The notes below the pieces were generated by a model, which saw only the letters and a program-made list of their open reading frames with translations, was not told the origin of the DNA and searched no databases. A stretch of DNA of 64,000 bases from a virus. How positions within the stretch are numbered: the stretch's first letter is position 1; each line of letters begins with the position of its first letter. The position numbers were made by a program, and so were the translations under genes. This document shows, one piece after another, positions 34,155 through 44,369 of the stretch. Location: IMG/VR virus record IMGVR_UViG_3300044631_002422, positions 32,001 through 96,000 of that record; one strand, 5' to 3'.

Positions 34155-34625
34155 TTGGCGATGCAAAATACTGGGACTTGGAATTCTGATTTGGCTTTGT
34201 TTTATCTGGCCGTTTTTTTGACTCCGTTGTGGCTCAAGATGATTTTATGGACAATTAACACTTTCGGGGCTAACGTAAAAGTAATTAGAGTAGAAAAAGA
34301 GGTTCAGGTTCCAGTGACTGTTTACCGCGATAGAACAGTTTACAAAACAGTACCAAAAACTCCAAAAACTCCAAAAGCTCCAAAAACCCAGCCGGTAAAA
34401 CCGATTAAGACTAAAGTTGCAGCTACTCCTAAAGTCACTACTGTTGTAAAGCAACTTACAGAAGCATCGATTATTTCTGATGCTGTATCCGGTTTGAGAG
34501 TATTAGGAATTCATAAAAGTCAAGGTCGTGATTTGGCTGAAAAAATAGCTAATAAACAACAATACAATACCGCTGAAGAATTATTGCAAGATTGTATTGC
34601 CCATATCCATAAAATGCGTACATAA
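34155..34625 (+). CDS. membrane-anchored protein with RuvA C-terminal-like domain
   Basis: TM helix, PKT repeats, DAVSGL..LG....A..........TAEELL. Confidence 0.55.
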   Translation: MAMQNTGTWNSDLALFYLAVFLTPLWLKMILWTINTFGANVKVIRVEKEVQVPVTVYRDRTVYKTVPKTPKTPKAPKTQPVKPIKTKVAATPKVTTVVKQLTEASIISDAVSGLRVLGIHKSQGRDLAEKIANKQQYNTAEELLQDCIAHIHKMRT

Positions 34626-34658
34626 TAATATATCTTCAACAACCCAAAATGGTGTATC

Positions 34659-35162
34659 ATGTACAAATATTTGCTGTCTTTATTATTTTTTGTTTTATTT
34701 GTAGCTTCAACATCTGCTCAAACGTATTACTATTCTTATAGTGGTTACAGTAAAGGCGGATTTAATTGGCCCGGAACTACAAAAGAGCAAACTAATAAGT
34801 TGATTCAAGAATCTTTCGCAGAGATAAACAGGCATTCAAAAATGCAAGTCAAGCCTTGGTCTGGCAAAGGAAGCTACCAAATTACTATAAAGTTTTCTAA
34901 TAAAGTTCCATACAATGCTCTTGCTGTTATGGATGGAAATACCATGCTAATAAGCAAAACAAGACCAGTTCAGCCAGTAAACTGTAGAAGTGTAGTTATA
35001 CATGAATTTTTTCATTATCTTAACTATAAAGCAAACCCTCAAGCAGATAAGTGGGGACATAGCAACGATAAAAACTGCGCGTTCAACATCAATGGTAATA
35101 TTGATAAACTTTGTCCCGCAGAAGTTCAGTTTTTAATAAACAAATTTGGTAAAAAGCAATGA
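34659..35162 (+). CDS. secreted zinc metallopeptidase
   Basis: Signal peptide, HEFFH, distal GHS. Confidence 0.7.
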   Translation: MYKYLLSLLFFVLFVASTSAQTYYYSYSGYSKGGFNWPGTTKEQTNKLIQESFAEINRHSKMQVKPWSGKGSYQITIKFSNKVPYNALAVMDGNTMLISKTRPVQPVNCRSVVIHEFFHYLNYKANPQADKWGHSNDKNCAFNINGNIDKLCPAEVQFLINKFGKKQ

Positions 35163-35818
35163 AAATATTCGAAGTTGCCCAGCAAATACGAACTAAAGTA
35201 AATTCGCTAAAATATTCAGATACGCCCGAAACTCAAAAGGTTAGTAGCTTGATAGAGGTTGGATGGCAAAACGCTTTACCAAAACCGCCAGAAAATACTA
35301 GCGATATAACTATAAGTGAGCTTAGGTATCTAGAAAAATTGACAAGAGTTTTATCGCCAGCGGAAAAAGAGTTGGTGAAAGTTGTTGACATAGAATCTTT
35401 AGACTTATTTAGAAATGTAGCAAGAAAAAATAACATCAAACTAAATGAAGACGGTTTTGTAAAATTATGGAATATATGTAGACCAATAGTATTTAATTTA
35501 AAAGCAAAGTTTAATAGACCAAGACCACAGCAACTAGCCCCGTATTTTGGTATAAATGTAAACGTAATAACAACCAAAACACATCAAACGCCAGCTTACC
35601 CATCTGGGCATACTCTTTATGCCGCATTAGCCGCGCATCTTTTTTCTGCCAAATATCCAGAATTATCTGGTGAGTTTTTTAGTCTTGTTGGTACTGTTGG
35701 TGAAGCAAGGTGCTTGCAAGGTGTTCACTATCCAAGTGATAATGAGGCATCAATGACTATTTCCAGTGTTTTATGGGAAGACTTAAAGTACAAATTGTTT
35801 CCTGATCTTTTTATATAA
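35159..35818 (+). CDS. PAP2/haloperoxidase-family phosphatase
   Basis: K..FNRPRP, YPSGH, R...GVHYPSD. Confidence 0.88.
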   Translation: MKIFEVAQQIRTKVNSLKYSDTPETQKVSSLIEVGWQNALPKPPENTSDITISELRYLEKLTRVLSPAEKELVKVVDIESLDLFRNVARKNNIKLNEDGFVKLWNICRPIVFNLKAKFNRPRPQQLAPYFGINVNVITTKTHQTPAYPSGHTLYAALAAHLFSAKYPELSGEFFSLVGTVGEARCLQGVHYPSDNEASMTISSVLWEDLKYKLFPDLFI

Positions 35819-35828
35819 GGGTTTATAT

Positions 35829-36656
35829 ATGCCACTTCCGACACGACGCGAAGATGAGTCTCGCGAAAATTACATTTCTAGATGTATGTCAGACAATAAA
35901 GTTTCTGATGAATTTCCAGATCGTCAACAAAGAATTGCTGTTTGCATGTCCAAGGCTTGCGAAGGTCTTTCGGCAGTAGCTTCTGCCGACTTGCAGTATA
36001 GTGTTGAAGAATTTGGTTATACTGAAGATGTAAATGAAGATAATTTTTACATTCCAAGCGAAGATGAATACCTAAGTATCGCCAGTATTAAAGTTACTCT
36101 TGAAGAAGAAGATGAAGAAGATGATACCGAGGAGGACGAGGAAGACGATGAAGAGGATGATGTAGAAGAAATTGATGCTTCTAAAGAACTTCCGGGTCTC
36201 TGGGAAAACATTCGTAGAAAGCGCGAAAGAGAAGGTAAAGACTACAAGCCAGCAAAACGCGGAGATAAAGATCGTCCAAAACCAGACGCATGGAAACAAG
36301 CTCAAAGTAAGTTTGTTTACGAAAACCCTAAAACTGGCGAGCGTTATTCTTATATTCGTCAAGGTAACTACAAAAAAGATGGTACTATGCTTGTTTATAA
36401 GGGTAAATCATCAGAGTATCAAGGTCGAAAAGTCAAACTAAACAAGCCATTTAGAACCCCTGACGGCCCTAAGAAGTTTGCTGTTTATACGCGAAATGAT
36501 AGTGGTAAGGTAGTTATTGTTCGTTTTGGCGACCCTACAACTGACATAAAAAGAGACGATCCAGAGCGTAGAAAATCTTTTAGAGCAAGGCACAGATGCG
36601 ATACAAATCCCGGTCCACGCTGGAAAGCACGTTATTGGGCGTGTCGTAGCTGGTGA
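35829..36656 (+). CDS. conserved phage protein with acidic tract
   Basis: C-terminal KPFRTP..PKKF.VY..VRFGD..RRKSFRARH.C..YWAC domain. Confidence 0.7.
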   Translation: MPLPTRREDESRENYISRCMSDNKVSDEFPDRQQRIAVCMSKACEGLSAVASADLQYSVEEFGYTEDVNEDNFYIPSEDEYLSIASIKVTLEEEDEEDDTEEDEEDDEEDDVEEIDASKELPGLWENIRRKREREGKDYKPAKRGDKDRPKPDAWKQAQSKFVYENPKTGERYSYIRQGNYKKDGTMLVYKGKSSEYQGRKVKLNKPFRTPDGPKKFAVYTRNDSGKVVIVRFGDPTTDIKRDDPERRKSFRARHRCDTNPGPRWKARYWACRSW

Positions 36657-36659
36657 TAT

Positions 36660-37654
36660 ATGCAAAGATTAATAGCAATTCTTATTATAATTTCACAACT
36701 TGCTAATGTAATAATAAGTTCATTTACAGAAGACGCCTCTGAAAATGATGCTGATGAAATGCTTTGCAGTAAGGCTTGGAGATTACAAGATAAACCATTT
36801 TGGAATACAGTAAAAGTATTCTTTGATGAATACGCTTGGCCTCTTTCTGTTTGGAAAGGAAAATACTCAACTCACTGCGAAGCTTGTTTTTATCAAGAAA
36901 AATCAAGAATAGAAGATAGGTTAAAACAATACAAAGACTGGAGTTAAAATGAATATTTGGACCTCAATTAAAACATGGTTTCTTGGTTGGTTTGTTGGAA
37001 GTAAAGAGCTTAAAGTAATAGAAATACTTGAAAGCGCAGATACGTTATTCAACAAGTCTTTTCCAATAGTAAAGCAAATAGATGAAGAGTTAAAACCGGC
37101 TCTTAGAAGTTTGGCTGCTAAAAATGGCGATGAAGCTGATGTATATGAAACAATATTAGCATTCTTGAAAAAGTTTGAAGGTGTACTTGAAGACTTTCAT
37201 AAACTTGCTAAACAGGTTTACGAACTTCCAATACCAGATATGCTGTTTACAATAGCTATCGAAATTTTAAAAGCTCAATCTGCTGGAAATGTATCTTTAT
37301 CGTTGCTTAGACTTTCTGTAGAATTAGCTTATAACGTATACAAAAAAACAAAGTAAAAGTAATGTCTTTTGGAGCAATTGGTCAGTTTATGATTAAAGGG
37401 GTGATACTATGCTTATCAAAGTTGAAAATAAAGATGGTTACAAAACATCCAATCCATTTTATTATCACACCAAGGATGAAAATGATAAACATTATCTTTT
37501 TTCTGAGTTTCAACTTGCCGTAGCTTCCGAAAGAGCAGATAAGAATAAAGAGGATTTACCTAAAGAAAAAAAGTCCCACGCCTGTTTTTATTCCTTTGTT
37601 TGTGGTGTTTTAGTTGGTTTTATTCTAACGTTTGTTTATTGTTATTTTTTCTAA
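36660..37654 (+). CDS. three hypothetical genes (36660-36947, 36949-37356, 37409-37654)
   Basis: Tightly packed + strand ORFs. Confidence 0.55.
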
Positions 37655-37663
37655 TGGTGTATT

Positions 37664-38722
37664 TTGAATCATATCAAACTGATAGCTCCTATCAATAGTC
37701 TTGGATATGGGGTAGCTGGATACAATTTATTCAAAGAGTTATATCAACTTCATCCATCCACTGCCCTTTATCCTATTTCTCAGCCAGAGTTTGTAGACGA
37801 ATACGTTCAGACAGGAATGAATAATAGGTCTGCAAATTTCCCAAATTCTCCATGCGTTAAAATCTGGCATCAAAATGATGTACATTCTTTTATTGGGAAA
37901 GGTTTACATGTGGGTTTTCCCATTTTTGAACTTACTGAGTTTTCCAACGAAGAAAAACTTAGCATGTCGCATTGTGACAAGCTTTTTGTTTGCTCAGAAT
38001 GGGCTAAAGATGTACTTTACAACCAAAGGGGATGGAGTTCTCCTGCCGTTCATGTAGTTCCACTTGGCGTTGATTCAGATGTTTTTCAGCCATGTTTATC
38101 CAGTAGAAAAACAACAGTATTTTTTAACTGTGGAAAATGGGAAAAACGTAAAGGTCACGATATTCTTTTGGAGTGCTTCAATTATGCGTTCGGGCCAAAC
38201 GATAATGTAGAACTTTGGATGATGTGTGATAACCCATTTATTGGGCAAAACAACGAAAAATGGATGAATCTATACAAAAATTCACCGCTTGGACACAAGA
38301 TTAGATTTATTCCAAGGCAAAAAACTCACAAAGATGTGTATAATATCATGAAGCAAACAGATTGCGGTGTTTTTCCAGCTAGAGCAGAAGGTTGGAATCT
38401 GGAGTTACTAGAAATGATGTCTTGCGGTAAACAGGTAATAGCCACAAACTATTCAGCGCACACAGAATTTTGTAACAATAATAATTGTCATTTAGTTGAC
38501 CCAGAAGGTTTCGAGCCAGCTTTTGATGGAGTATTTTTTTCAGGATCTTACGGAGAATGGGCAAGTCTGCAAAAAAAATCTAAAGAACAAGTAATTAGTT
38601 ATATGCGAACCATACATAAACAAAAACAAGAAGGTTCCCACAAATTAAATACTAAAGGCATTGATACTTCAATTCAATTTAGTTGGCAAAATTCAGTACA
38701 GGAGTTATTAAATGGACTCTAG
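37664..38722 (+). CDS. glycosyltransferase family 4 (GT-B)
   Basis: GKWE.RKG.D.L, P.RAEGWNL..LE.M.CG..VI.T. Confidence 0.88.
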   Translation: MNHIKLIAPINSLGYGVAGYNLFKELYQLHPSTALYPISQPEFVDEYVQTGMNNRSANFPNSPCVKIWHQNDVHSFIGKGLHVGFPIFELTEFSNEEKLSMSHCDKLFVCSEWAKDVLYNQRGWSSPAVHVVPLGVDSDVFQPCLSSRKTTVFFNCGKWEKRKGHDILLECFNYAFGPNDNVELWMMCDNPFIGQNNEKWMNLYKNSPLGHKIRFIPRQKTHKDVYNIMKQTDCGVFPARAEGWNLELLEMMSCGKQVIATNYSAHTEFCNNNNCHLVDPEGFEPAFDGVFFSGSYGEWASLQKKSKEQVISYMRTIHKQKQEGSHKLNTKGIDTSIQFSWQNSVQELLNGL

Positions 38723-39635
38723 TTTTCAAACATCCCGAAAAATTCTCGATCTTTATCGTAATGGTTTCGTTGGGGCTATTTGTGACGAAGAAGATGTAAA
38801 AAAGCTTCTTGGTGAGCTTCCGATGCCAATTTTTGGTGCTGCTGCATATGATCTTAAAAATAGTGGTAAAGATAAATTAAGTTTGCCATATAAATGTTTG
38901 ATTGATTTTGATCCAGATTTTGGCCCATCGGAAAGTCAAACCACTGGCGATTGTGTCAGTCATGCAACTAGAAATGCAATCGATGTAACGCGCGCTGTAG
39001 AAATTAAAAATGGAGATAAGGAAGATTTTATTGCTCGCGGAGCAACCGAAGGAATATACCAGTCTCGCGGTCATAATGGTCAAGGAATGACATGTTCTGG
39101 AGCGGCTAGATATGTAAATCAAACTGGAGGTATTCTCCTTAGAAAGGATTATGGGGCAGTAAATCTTTCTGTATACAACTCAAGCCTTGGAGCGAACAGT
39201 AGAATTCCAGAGTCTGTTTATAAAATAGAAGCACAAAAACATCAAGTTAAAACAGTATCAAATGTAAGAACAGTTGAAGAAGCAAGAGATGCTTTAGCAA
39301 ATGGTTACGCTCTTTCTGTTTGTTCTGGTTTTGGGTTTTCCAGCAAACGAGATTCCAATGGAATTGCTAAAAGATCCGGGCAATGGGCGCACGCGATGGC
39401 TTGGATAGCTTGTGATGATACCCGTGAAAGATTCAATGAAATCTTATTTTTAGTTCAAAACAGTTGGGGCATGTGGAATAGTGGACCAAAAATTCACGAT
39501 CAGCCAGAAGGAAGTTTTTGGATCAGAGAAGCTGATGCGAGAGGAATGCTTGCAGAAGGAGGTTCTTGGGTATTTAGCGATGTAAACGGATTTCCTCCAA
39601 GAAAAATTATTTACAACAATAGCGAGGTTTTCTAA
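38712..39635 (+). CDS. papain-like (C1) cysteine peptidase
   Basis: Q..GDCVSHA, HAM and QNSWG catalytic motifs. Confidence 0.85.
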   Translation: MDSSFQTSRKILDLYRNGFVGAICDEEDVKKLLGELPMPIFGAAAYDLKNSGKDKLSLPYKCLIDFDPDFGPSESQTTGDCVSHATRNAIDVTRAVEIKNGDKEDFIARGATEGIYQSRGHNGQGMTCSGAARYVNQTGGILLRKDYGAVNLSVYNSSLGANSRIPESVYKIEAQKHQVKTVSNVRTVEEARDALANGYALSVCSGFGFSSKRDSNGIAKRSGQWAHAMAWIACDDTRERFNEILFLVQNSWGMWNSGPKIHDQPEGSFWIREADARGMLAEGGSWVFSDVNGFPPRKIIYNNSEVF

Positions 39636-40054
39636 TGAATATTCAGCAAAGAGCCATAATAGGCGCGATAATTATTGCAGCTTTTGTTTTTTTTACAAAT
39701 CATGATAAAATTTCAAATTCCGCCTTGACAAATGATGAAATAACTAATATAATAACACAGACAGAAAAGGCTTTTAATGAAGCGGAATCTAAAATTCTAA
39801 AGAATAATCCAAAGCCTGACGATAATAAACCAGTCGGCCCAGATCCAGATGCAGCAAAATGTATTTGCAAAGGAACCGGAAAAATAGTACAAGGAGACGG
39901 ACATATTTCGCCATGTCCATACCATAGCAGCGGAGAATCTTCGCAGGTAATAGATGGAGCTTGTGATAATTGTGGAAACATAAATTCTAACATTCTGATA
40001 ACCAAATCAGATTATACTAGAAAAGATGTTTTAAATAGTGTGTTTGGTTATTAA
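39635..40054 (+). CDS. membrane-anchored protein with Cys/His motif
   Basis: N-terminal TM; CIC.GTG....GDG....CPYH. Confidence 0.65.
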   Translation: MNIQQRAIIGAIIIAAFVFFTNHDKISNSALTNDEITNIITQTEKAFNEAESKILKNNPKPDDNKPVGPDPDAAKCICKGTGKIVQGDGHISPCPYHSSGESSQVIDGACDNCGNINSNILITKSDYTRKDVLNSVFGY

Positions 40055-40077
40055 TTTTTTCTCAAAGGAGAAACATA

Positions 40078-40254
40078 ATGGAAAAGTGGAAAGCTTTACT
40101 TACGTCGAGAAGATTTTGGGTTTCAGCCGTTGCTTTAAGCTCTATTGTTGCTTCCGAGGCTTTTGGCATTACTCTCAATCAAGAACAGCTTGTTGGTTTT
40201 GTTACAATTGTTGTAGCTTGGGTTATTGGGGACACGATTAGGGAAACCAAGTAA
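40078..40254 (+). CDS. small two-TM holin-like protein (58 aa)
   Basis: AGGAG RBS; MEKWKALLTSRRFWVSAVAL..VVAWVIGDTIRETK; not in the ORF track. Confidence 0.6.
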   Translation: MEKWKALLTSRRFWVSAVALSSIVASEAFGITLNQEQLVGFVTIVVAWVIGDTIRETK

Positions 40255-40562
40255 TGAATTTATCAGATATAAGTCCTATTCAATGGGTATTTTTAATTGT
40301 TGGTGTTTTAATAGCTCTTCCGGCTGTAACGCCATATTTAACTTCCTTTTTGAATAAGCGGAAAGATGCGCCTAAAGATAATGATGGTTATGAAACTTAC
40401 AGTTTAACTGATATAGTTCATAAATGGGAAAGTTTAGAAGAGGCTTGCAGAAAAGCTAATTTAAATGAAGCTTCAGTAAAGTTAATCGAAGTTTTCCCTC
40501 TTTTGGCAAAAAAAGGAAATCCTGTTGATAATATAATGAGCAAATATAATCCTAACCCATAA
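40254..40562 (+). CDS. membrane-anchored hypothetical protein
   Basis: N-terminal TM; coupled start (TAATG). Confidence 0.65.
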   Translation: MNLSDISPIQWVFLIVGVLIALPAVTPYLTSFLNKRKDAPKDNDGYETYSLTDIVHKWESLEEACRKANLNEASVKLIEVFPLLAKKGNPVDNIMSKYNPNP

Positions 40563-40571
40563 GAGGTTAAA

Positions 40572-41030
40572 ATGAATAATGGCACACGGCTAGTTATTGG
40601 TTTGTGTTTGGTTTCGGTTGGTCTTTTTTGGAATAATTTAGTAAATCTTATTCCAAAAATCGATAAAAAAATTCCAAAACAAGTGGTTCAAATAGATAAG
40701 CCATCTGATGAAGTTTTTAATACTGTCAAATCAACGGCAGATTTAGTCACAGACCCTAGCGATAAAATTAAATTGTGCATTTTCAACAACACCTTTTCAA
40801 AAAGAGTAACGTCTTATTCCGCTGACGCACAGCAGATTAACGATGTTTATGTTCAGGCGGCAAAAAATATTTTTGGCGACTCTTTGAAGGGTAAATACCA
40901 AGGATTTTCTGGGTCGTTGGACAAACTTTTTGGCTCAGTTTTAGGAATAGAAAACCATATTGCTACAGATAAAGAAAAATCTGCAATATCTGATACTTTT
41001 AGGGGGTTGGCTTATTGCTTATCTTTATAA
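40572..41030 (+). CDS. membrane-anchored hypothetical protein
   Basis: N-terminal TM; GAGG RBS. Confidence 0.65.
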   Translation: MNNGTRLVIGLCLVSVGLFWNNLVNLIPKIDKKIPKQVVQIDKPSDEVFNTVKSTADLVTDPSDKIKLCIFNNTFSKRVTSYSADAQQINDVYVQAAKNIFGDSLKGKYQGFSGSLDKLFGSVLGIENHIATDKEKSAISDTFRGLAYCLSL

Positions 41031-41034
41031 CAAT

Positions 41035-41060
41035 AAAACGGGGCTTCGGCCCCGTTTTTT
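41035..41060 (+). terminator. intrinsic terminator
   Basis: AAAACGGGGC-TTCG-GCCCCGTTTTTT. Confidence 0.9.
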
Positions 41061-41077
41061 AAAATTGAAAGGAACTT

Positions 41078-42634
41078 ATGAATATAATTGATGTTTTGAT
41101 AGACGAGTGCCGTTGTGCGATGAAACAACAAACATTTGAAATAAATAGCGTACTAGCAAACCCAACCCACGAAGGGTCTGTAAACAGGGCTTCTAAAGCT
41201 ATTTACGAATATACAAAACATGAAACCGTACTTCAGAATTTGCTAAAGTTAAAAGGACAGATGGACGAAATGAATAATACCGAAGTTCAAGAAGAGGTAA
41301 ATGAAAACTAAAATAACCCTAATTGTAATAGAAACAATTCCTTATTTTAGACAAGGTATACCTCCAACGAAAATTTTAGTTGACAAAAATGGAAAGTTTC
41401 CTAGTGGATATATCTCAACAAAAACAGTTGAAGATACAATAAAAGAAATACTATCAAATCACACATCATTGTCTCCAGACTTTCTTTGCCCAACTATCAG
41501 CAAACTTTTTCACGAAAAAGGCTCTGATGAGTGTGAAGCAATTTACACATGCGTTATCCAAAATGGAATCATCGGCACAAAAAATAATTCTAAAATGCTA
41601 TCAATTGAGGAAATAAACATAGATGAGCGATATACAACACCAATCATCGCAGTCCCCAGATCAATTTGAAGAAGGCAGTAACAACGAAAATATTTCTGCG
41701 CAGTTGACTATTACTGTTGACAATCAGGGTTTTATATCCTATAATTGCGACTGGACACCGGGAGAAAACGGAATCGTTGGCTTGGCTTCTATTTTTTACA
41801 GATTACTTTTAGCTAATTTTAGCGAAGAAATTCTTCTAGAAATTAAACAGCAGTGCGTATCAAATGATAGCGAAGCTGATTATATCGCAATAATTAATTT
41901 GATCAATAGTTATGATTCAAAATTAAACAAAAACGATGATAATCAAGTAGTTATAGCTCCCGATCAAGTTTACCGAATATAACTGGAGAAGGTTTATGGC
42001 AAGCAAAAAAATAGTCTGGAAAAGCTGGAATGCTGTTGCAGAAGAATACATAAACTCATGCACGGAAGAACTAAACAAAATAGAAGAAGAATTGAATAAC
42101 ATGTCTGGAGAAGACGGTTTAATGGGAACCGGAACGCCAATATTTCTTAATTCTGAAAAGTTTAGTGGAATGCATACTCCATTTGGAGTTTTTCCTATCG
42201 ATTCTCCATTCAAGCCATCAGACCGATGGGATTGCTGGATTGGAACAACAAATTTTAGCATCACTCAATCAATAAACAAAACGCTAAAAGAAAATATTGA
42301 TGGAATTGAGGCTTTGAAAATAATGGGAAGGTATTCTTTTTGTGTAGGAATACCTTGCACATTCGACTTTCAGGATGTAAGATTAGAAATCGAAAAGAAG
42401 CTTTGCGTTTTCACCGAGAAGGAGGTAATGACAGACGAAGTAACGGAAACGGTTGCTTTGATGAAAGAACAGCTAAAACATAACAAATATTGGTCTATTT
42501 TAGTTGCTTCTACGGGTAAATTGGATTATGTTGTTTCTGACAATTTTGATCAGAAATACGTGGATGGTTTGAATCAGTTAGTAGAGTTAAAACAAAAAAT
42601 TGGTGGAATAATTTTAAGGGGCGAAGATGGATAA
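41078..42634 (+). CDS. four hypothetical genes (41078-41311, 41301-41669, 41623-41982, 41996-42634)
   Basis: Overlapping or closely spaced ORFs. Confidence 0.6.
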
Positions 42635-43100
42635 TATTAATCAAGAATTTGAAGCAAAGTGGAACGATTCTGATGTCAAAAGTATAATGAACAAGATATC
42701 TAACAAATATAGGAATAATATCGACATAGACGATATAGAGTCTATAAAAATGAATACTCTTTGGAACTGTATAAAGAAGTTTGACGAGTCGAAGGGTACA
42801 AAATTTACTTCCTACTTGTTTCAACAGCTTACTTACGCTTTCAAAAATAAAATCAAAAGTAAACGCAACGAATTTAACTTTGAAAATATTGAAAAACAGG
42901 ATGTTAATTACCAAGATAAGCTTGAGGTTATTGATATACTGAATAGTCTTGACGATGAAACAACTCAAATTTTGCAACAAAAATTTTACCAAAATATGAC
43001 CATGAAAGAAATTGGAAGAACCAATGGTTATTCTCGGGAAACTGCCCGTAGAAAGTTCAAAAATGCTATTGCGGAATGTAAAAACTTGCATAAATCTTGA
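42627..43100 (+). CDS. small sigma70-family sigma factor
   Basis: Region 2-like LW....FD..KG.KF.SY; region 4 HTH MT.KEIG...GYSRET.R. Confidence 0.8.
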   Translation: MDNINQEFEAKWNDSDVKSIMNKISNKYRNNIDIDDIESIKMNTLWNCIKKFDESKGTKFTSYLFQQLTYAFKNKIKSKRNEFNFENIEKQDVNYQDKLEVIDILNSLDDETTQILQQKFYQNMTMKEIGRTNGYSRETARRKFKNAIAECKNLHKS

Positions 43101-43201
43101 TTTTAATTGTGTATAGTAGTTTAGGAATAGGATCTCCTTTTGGATAACTGGGAAATAAAGTTTTTTATGTTTATTTTAATTATATAATCGGAGATCGAAC
43201 T

Positions 43202-43882
43202 ATGGCTGTGCAACCAAAATCTAGCTATTTGAGAAATACTGGCGGCGGCGCTTTTACTTCTCAACGTCAAGGCGGAACTCTTTACGCTAACGGCTCAACG
43301 GGGTCTGTCATCACCAAGGCATTTTTAGTTAAGGATGCTGTTGATGATGTAGTCAAATCTTATGGTGTTGTTCTTAGGGCTTATCCGGGATCAAGCGGAA
43401 TGTACGGAACTCAGAAAATCGTTTCTGGTGGCGCTTTCGCTTATTTTGAAGCTGGTAAGTACATTATTAGAACAATCAGCACTACTATTGCTGGTGTTGC
43501 GTCTACTAAGCTTCTTATTCCCGGCTCAGACAATGGAAAGCGTAATGCTATTCATCAGTTTATCCATGACTTTGGCGCTCGATTGCTCACTAAATGGCGA
43601 GCAAATGAGTTCTCTTGGCTTGGTGTATTTGATAATGGCAGCAAGATCAAGCGTCGTTACAACTGGGTTGATGCCGCTGGTACAGCAGCATCGAAACCTG
43701 TTACCGCTACCAATCTTGATATGATTAATCCAGTTGGTGGTGCTACTGCTCGAAAGAGCGATAGCGCTGCTAATCCAACCCGCGCAATTCCGGGTGAATT
43801 AGTTATGAAGGTTGACTTTGTAACAACAAACATTTCTAGCGGCGGAGACTTCTTCAACTATAAGCCTATCACAGGTATGTAG
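43202..43882 (+). CDS. hypothetical protein, probably virion structural
   Basis: G/A/T-rich; D.AANPTRAIPGEL C-terminal motif. Confidence 0.65.
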   Translation: MAVQPKSSYLRNTGGGAFTSQRQGGTLYANGSTGSVITKAFLVKDAVDDVVKSYGVVLRAYPGSSGMYGTQKIVSGGAFAYFEAGKYIIRTISTTIAGVASTKLLIPGSDNGKRNAIHQFIHDFGARLLTKWRANEFSWLGVFDNGSKIKRRYNWVDAAGTAASKPVTATNLDMINPVGGATARKSDSAANPTRAIPGELVMKVDFVTTNISSGGDFFNYKPITGM

Positions 43883-43918
43883 TTTATTAATTCTTCCATT
43901 GTAAACCGGAGTACAATT

Positions 43919-44230
43919 ATGAATGAAGCTTGGGTTTTGATTAGAAATGTAGCAGAAGTAATAGGGATGTTTGCAATACCATTATTTTCTTGGGTTGTTT
44001 ATACTATTGTTCAACAAGGTAAGCAAATTATTATTCTTGAACAAAAGGTAAATGACTCGATTAGTCAGAGAATGACTGGTATTGAAAATAGAGTGGCTGG
44101 CGTAGAAACAAAAATGGAAGAAGTTATTAGCAACGTGGTCGAATTTAAAATGTATGCCGTGGATAGTAAAAATATCCATACTCAAATTAATTCTAAACTA
44201 GACACGATTGTTTCTAAGTTGAAAATTTAG
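43919..44230 (+). CDS. membrane protein with coiled coil
   Basis: N-terminal hydrophobic helix followed by heptads. Confidence 0.6.
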   Translation: MNEAWVLIRNVAEVIGMFAIPLFSWVVYTIVQQGKQIIILEQKVNDSISQRMTGIENRVAGVETKMEEVISNVVEFKMYAVDSKNIHTQINSKLDTIVSKLKI

Positions 44231-44369
44231 TAAGATAGTTCAACTATCTAAATATATAGAAAGCCTGTCGATTTAAAACTCGGCAGGTTTTCTTTTTTTT
44301 GATTGATTTTTGGTCTGGAAAGGCGTATAATACTCTACCAGATAAAAGTTTATATAGAAAGGTATTGTA

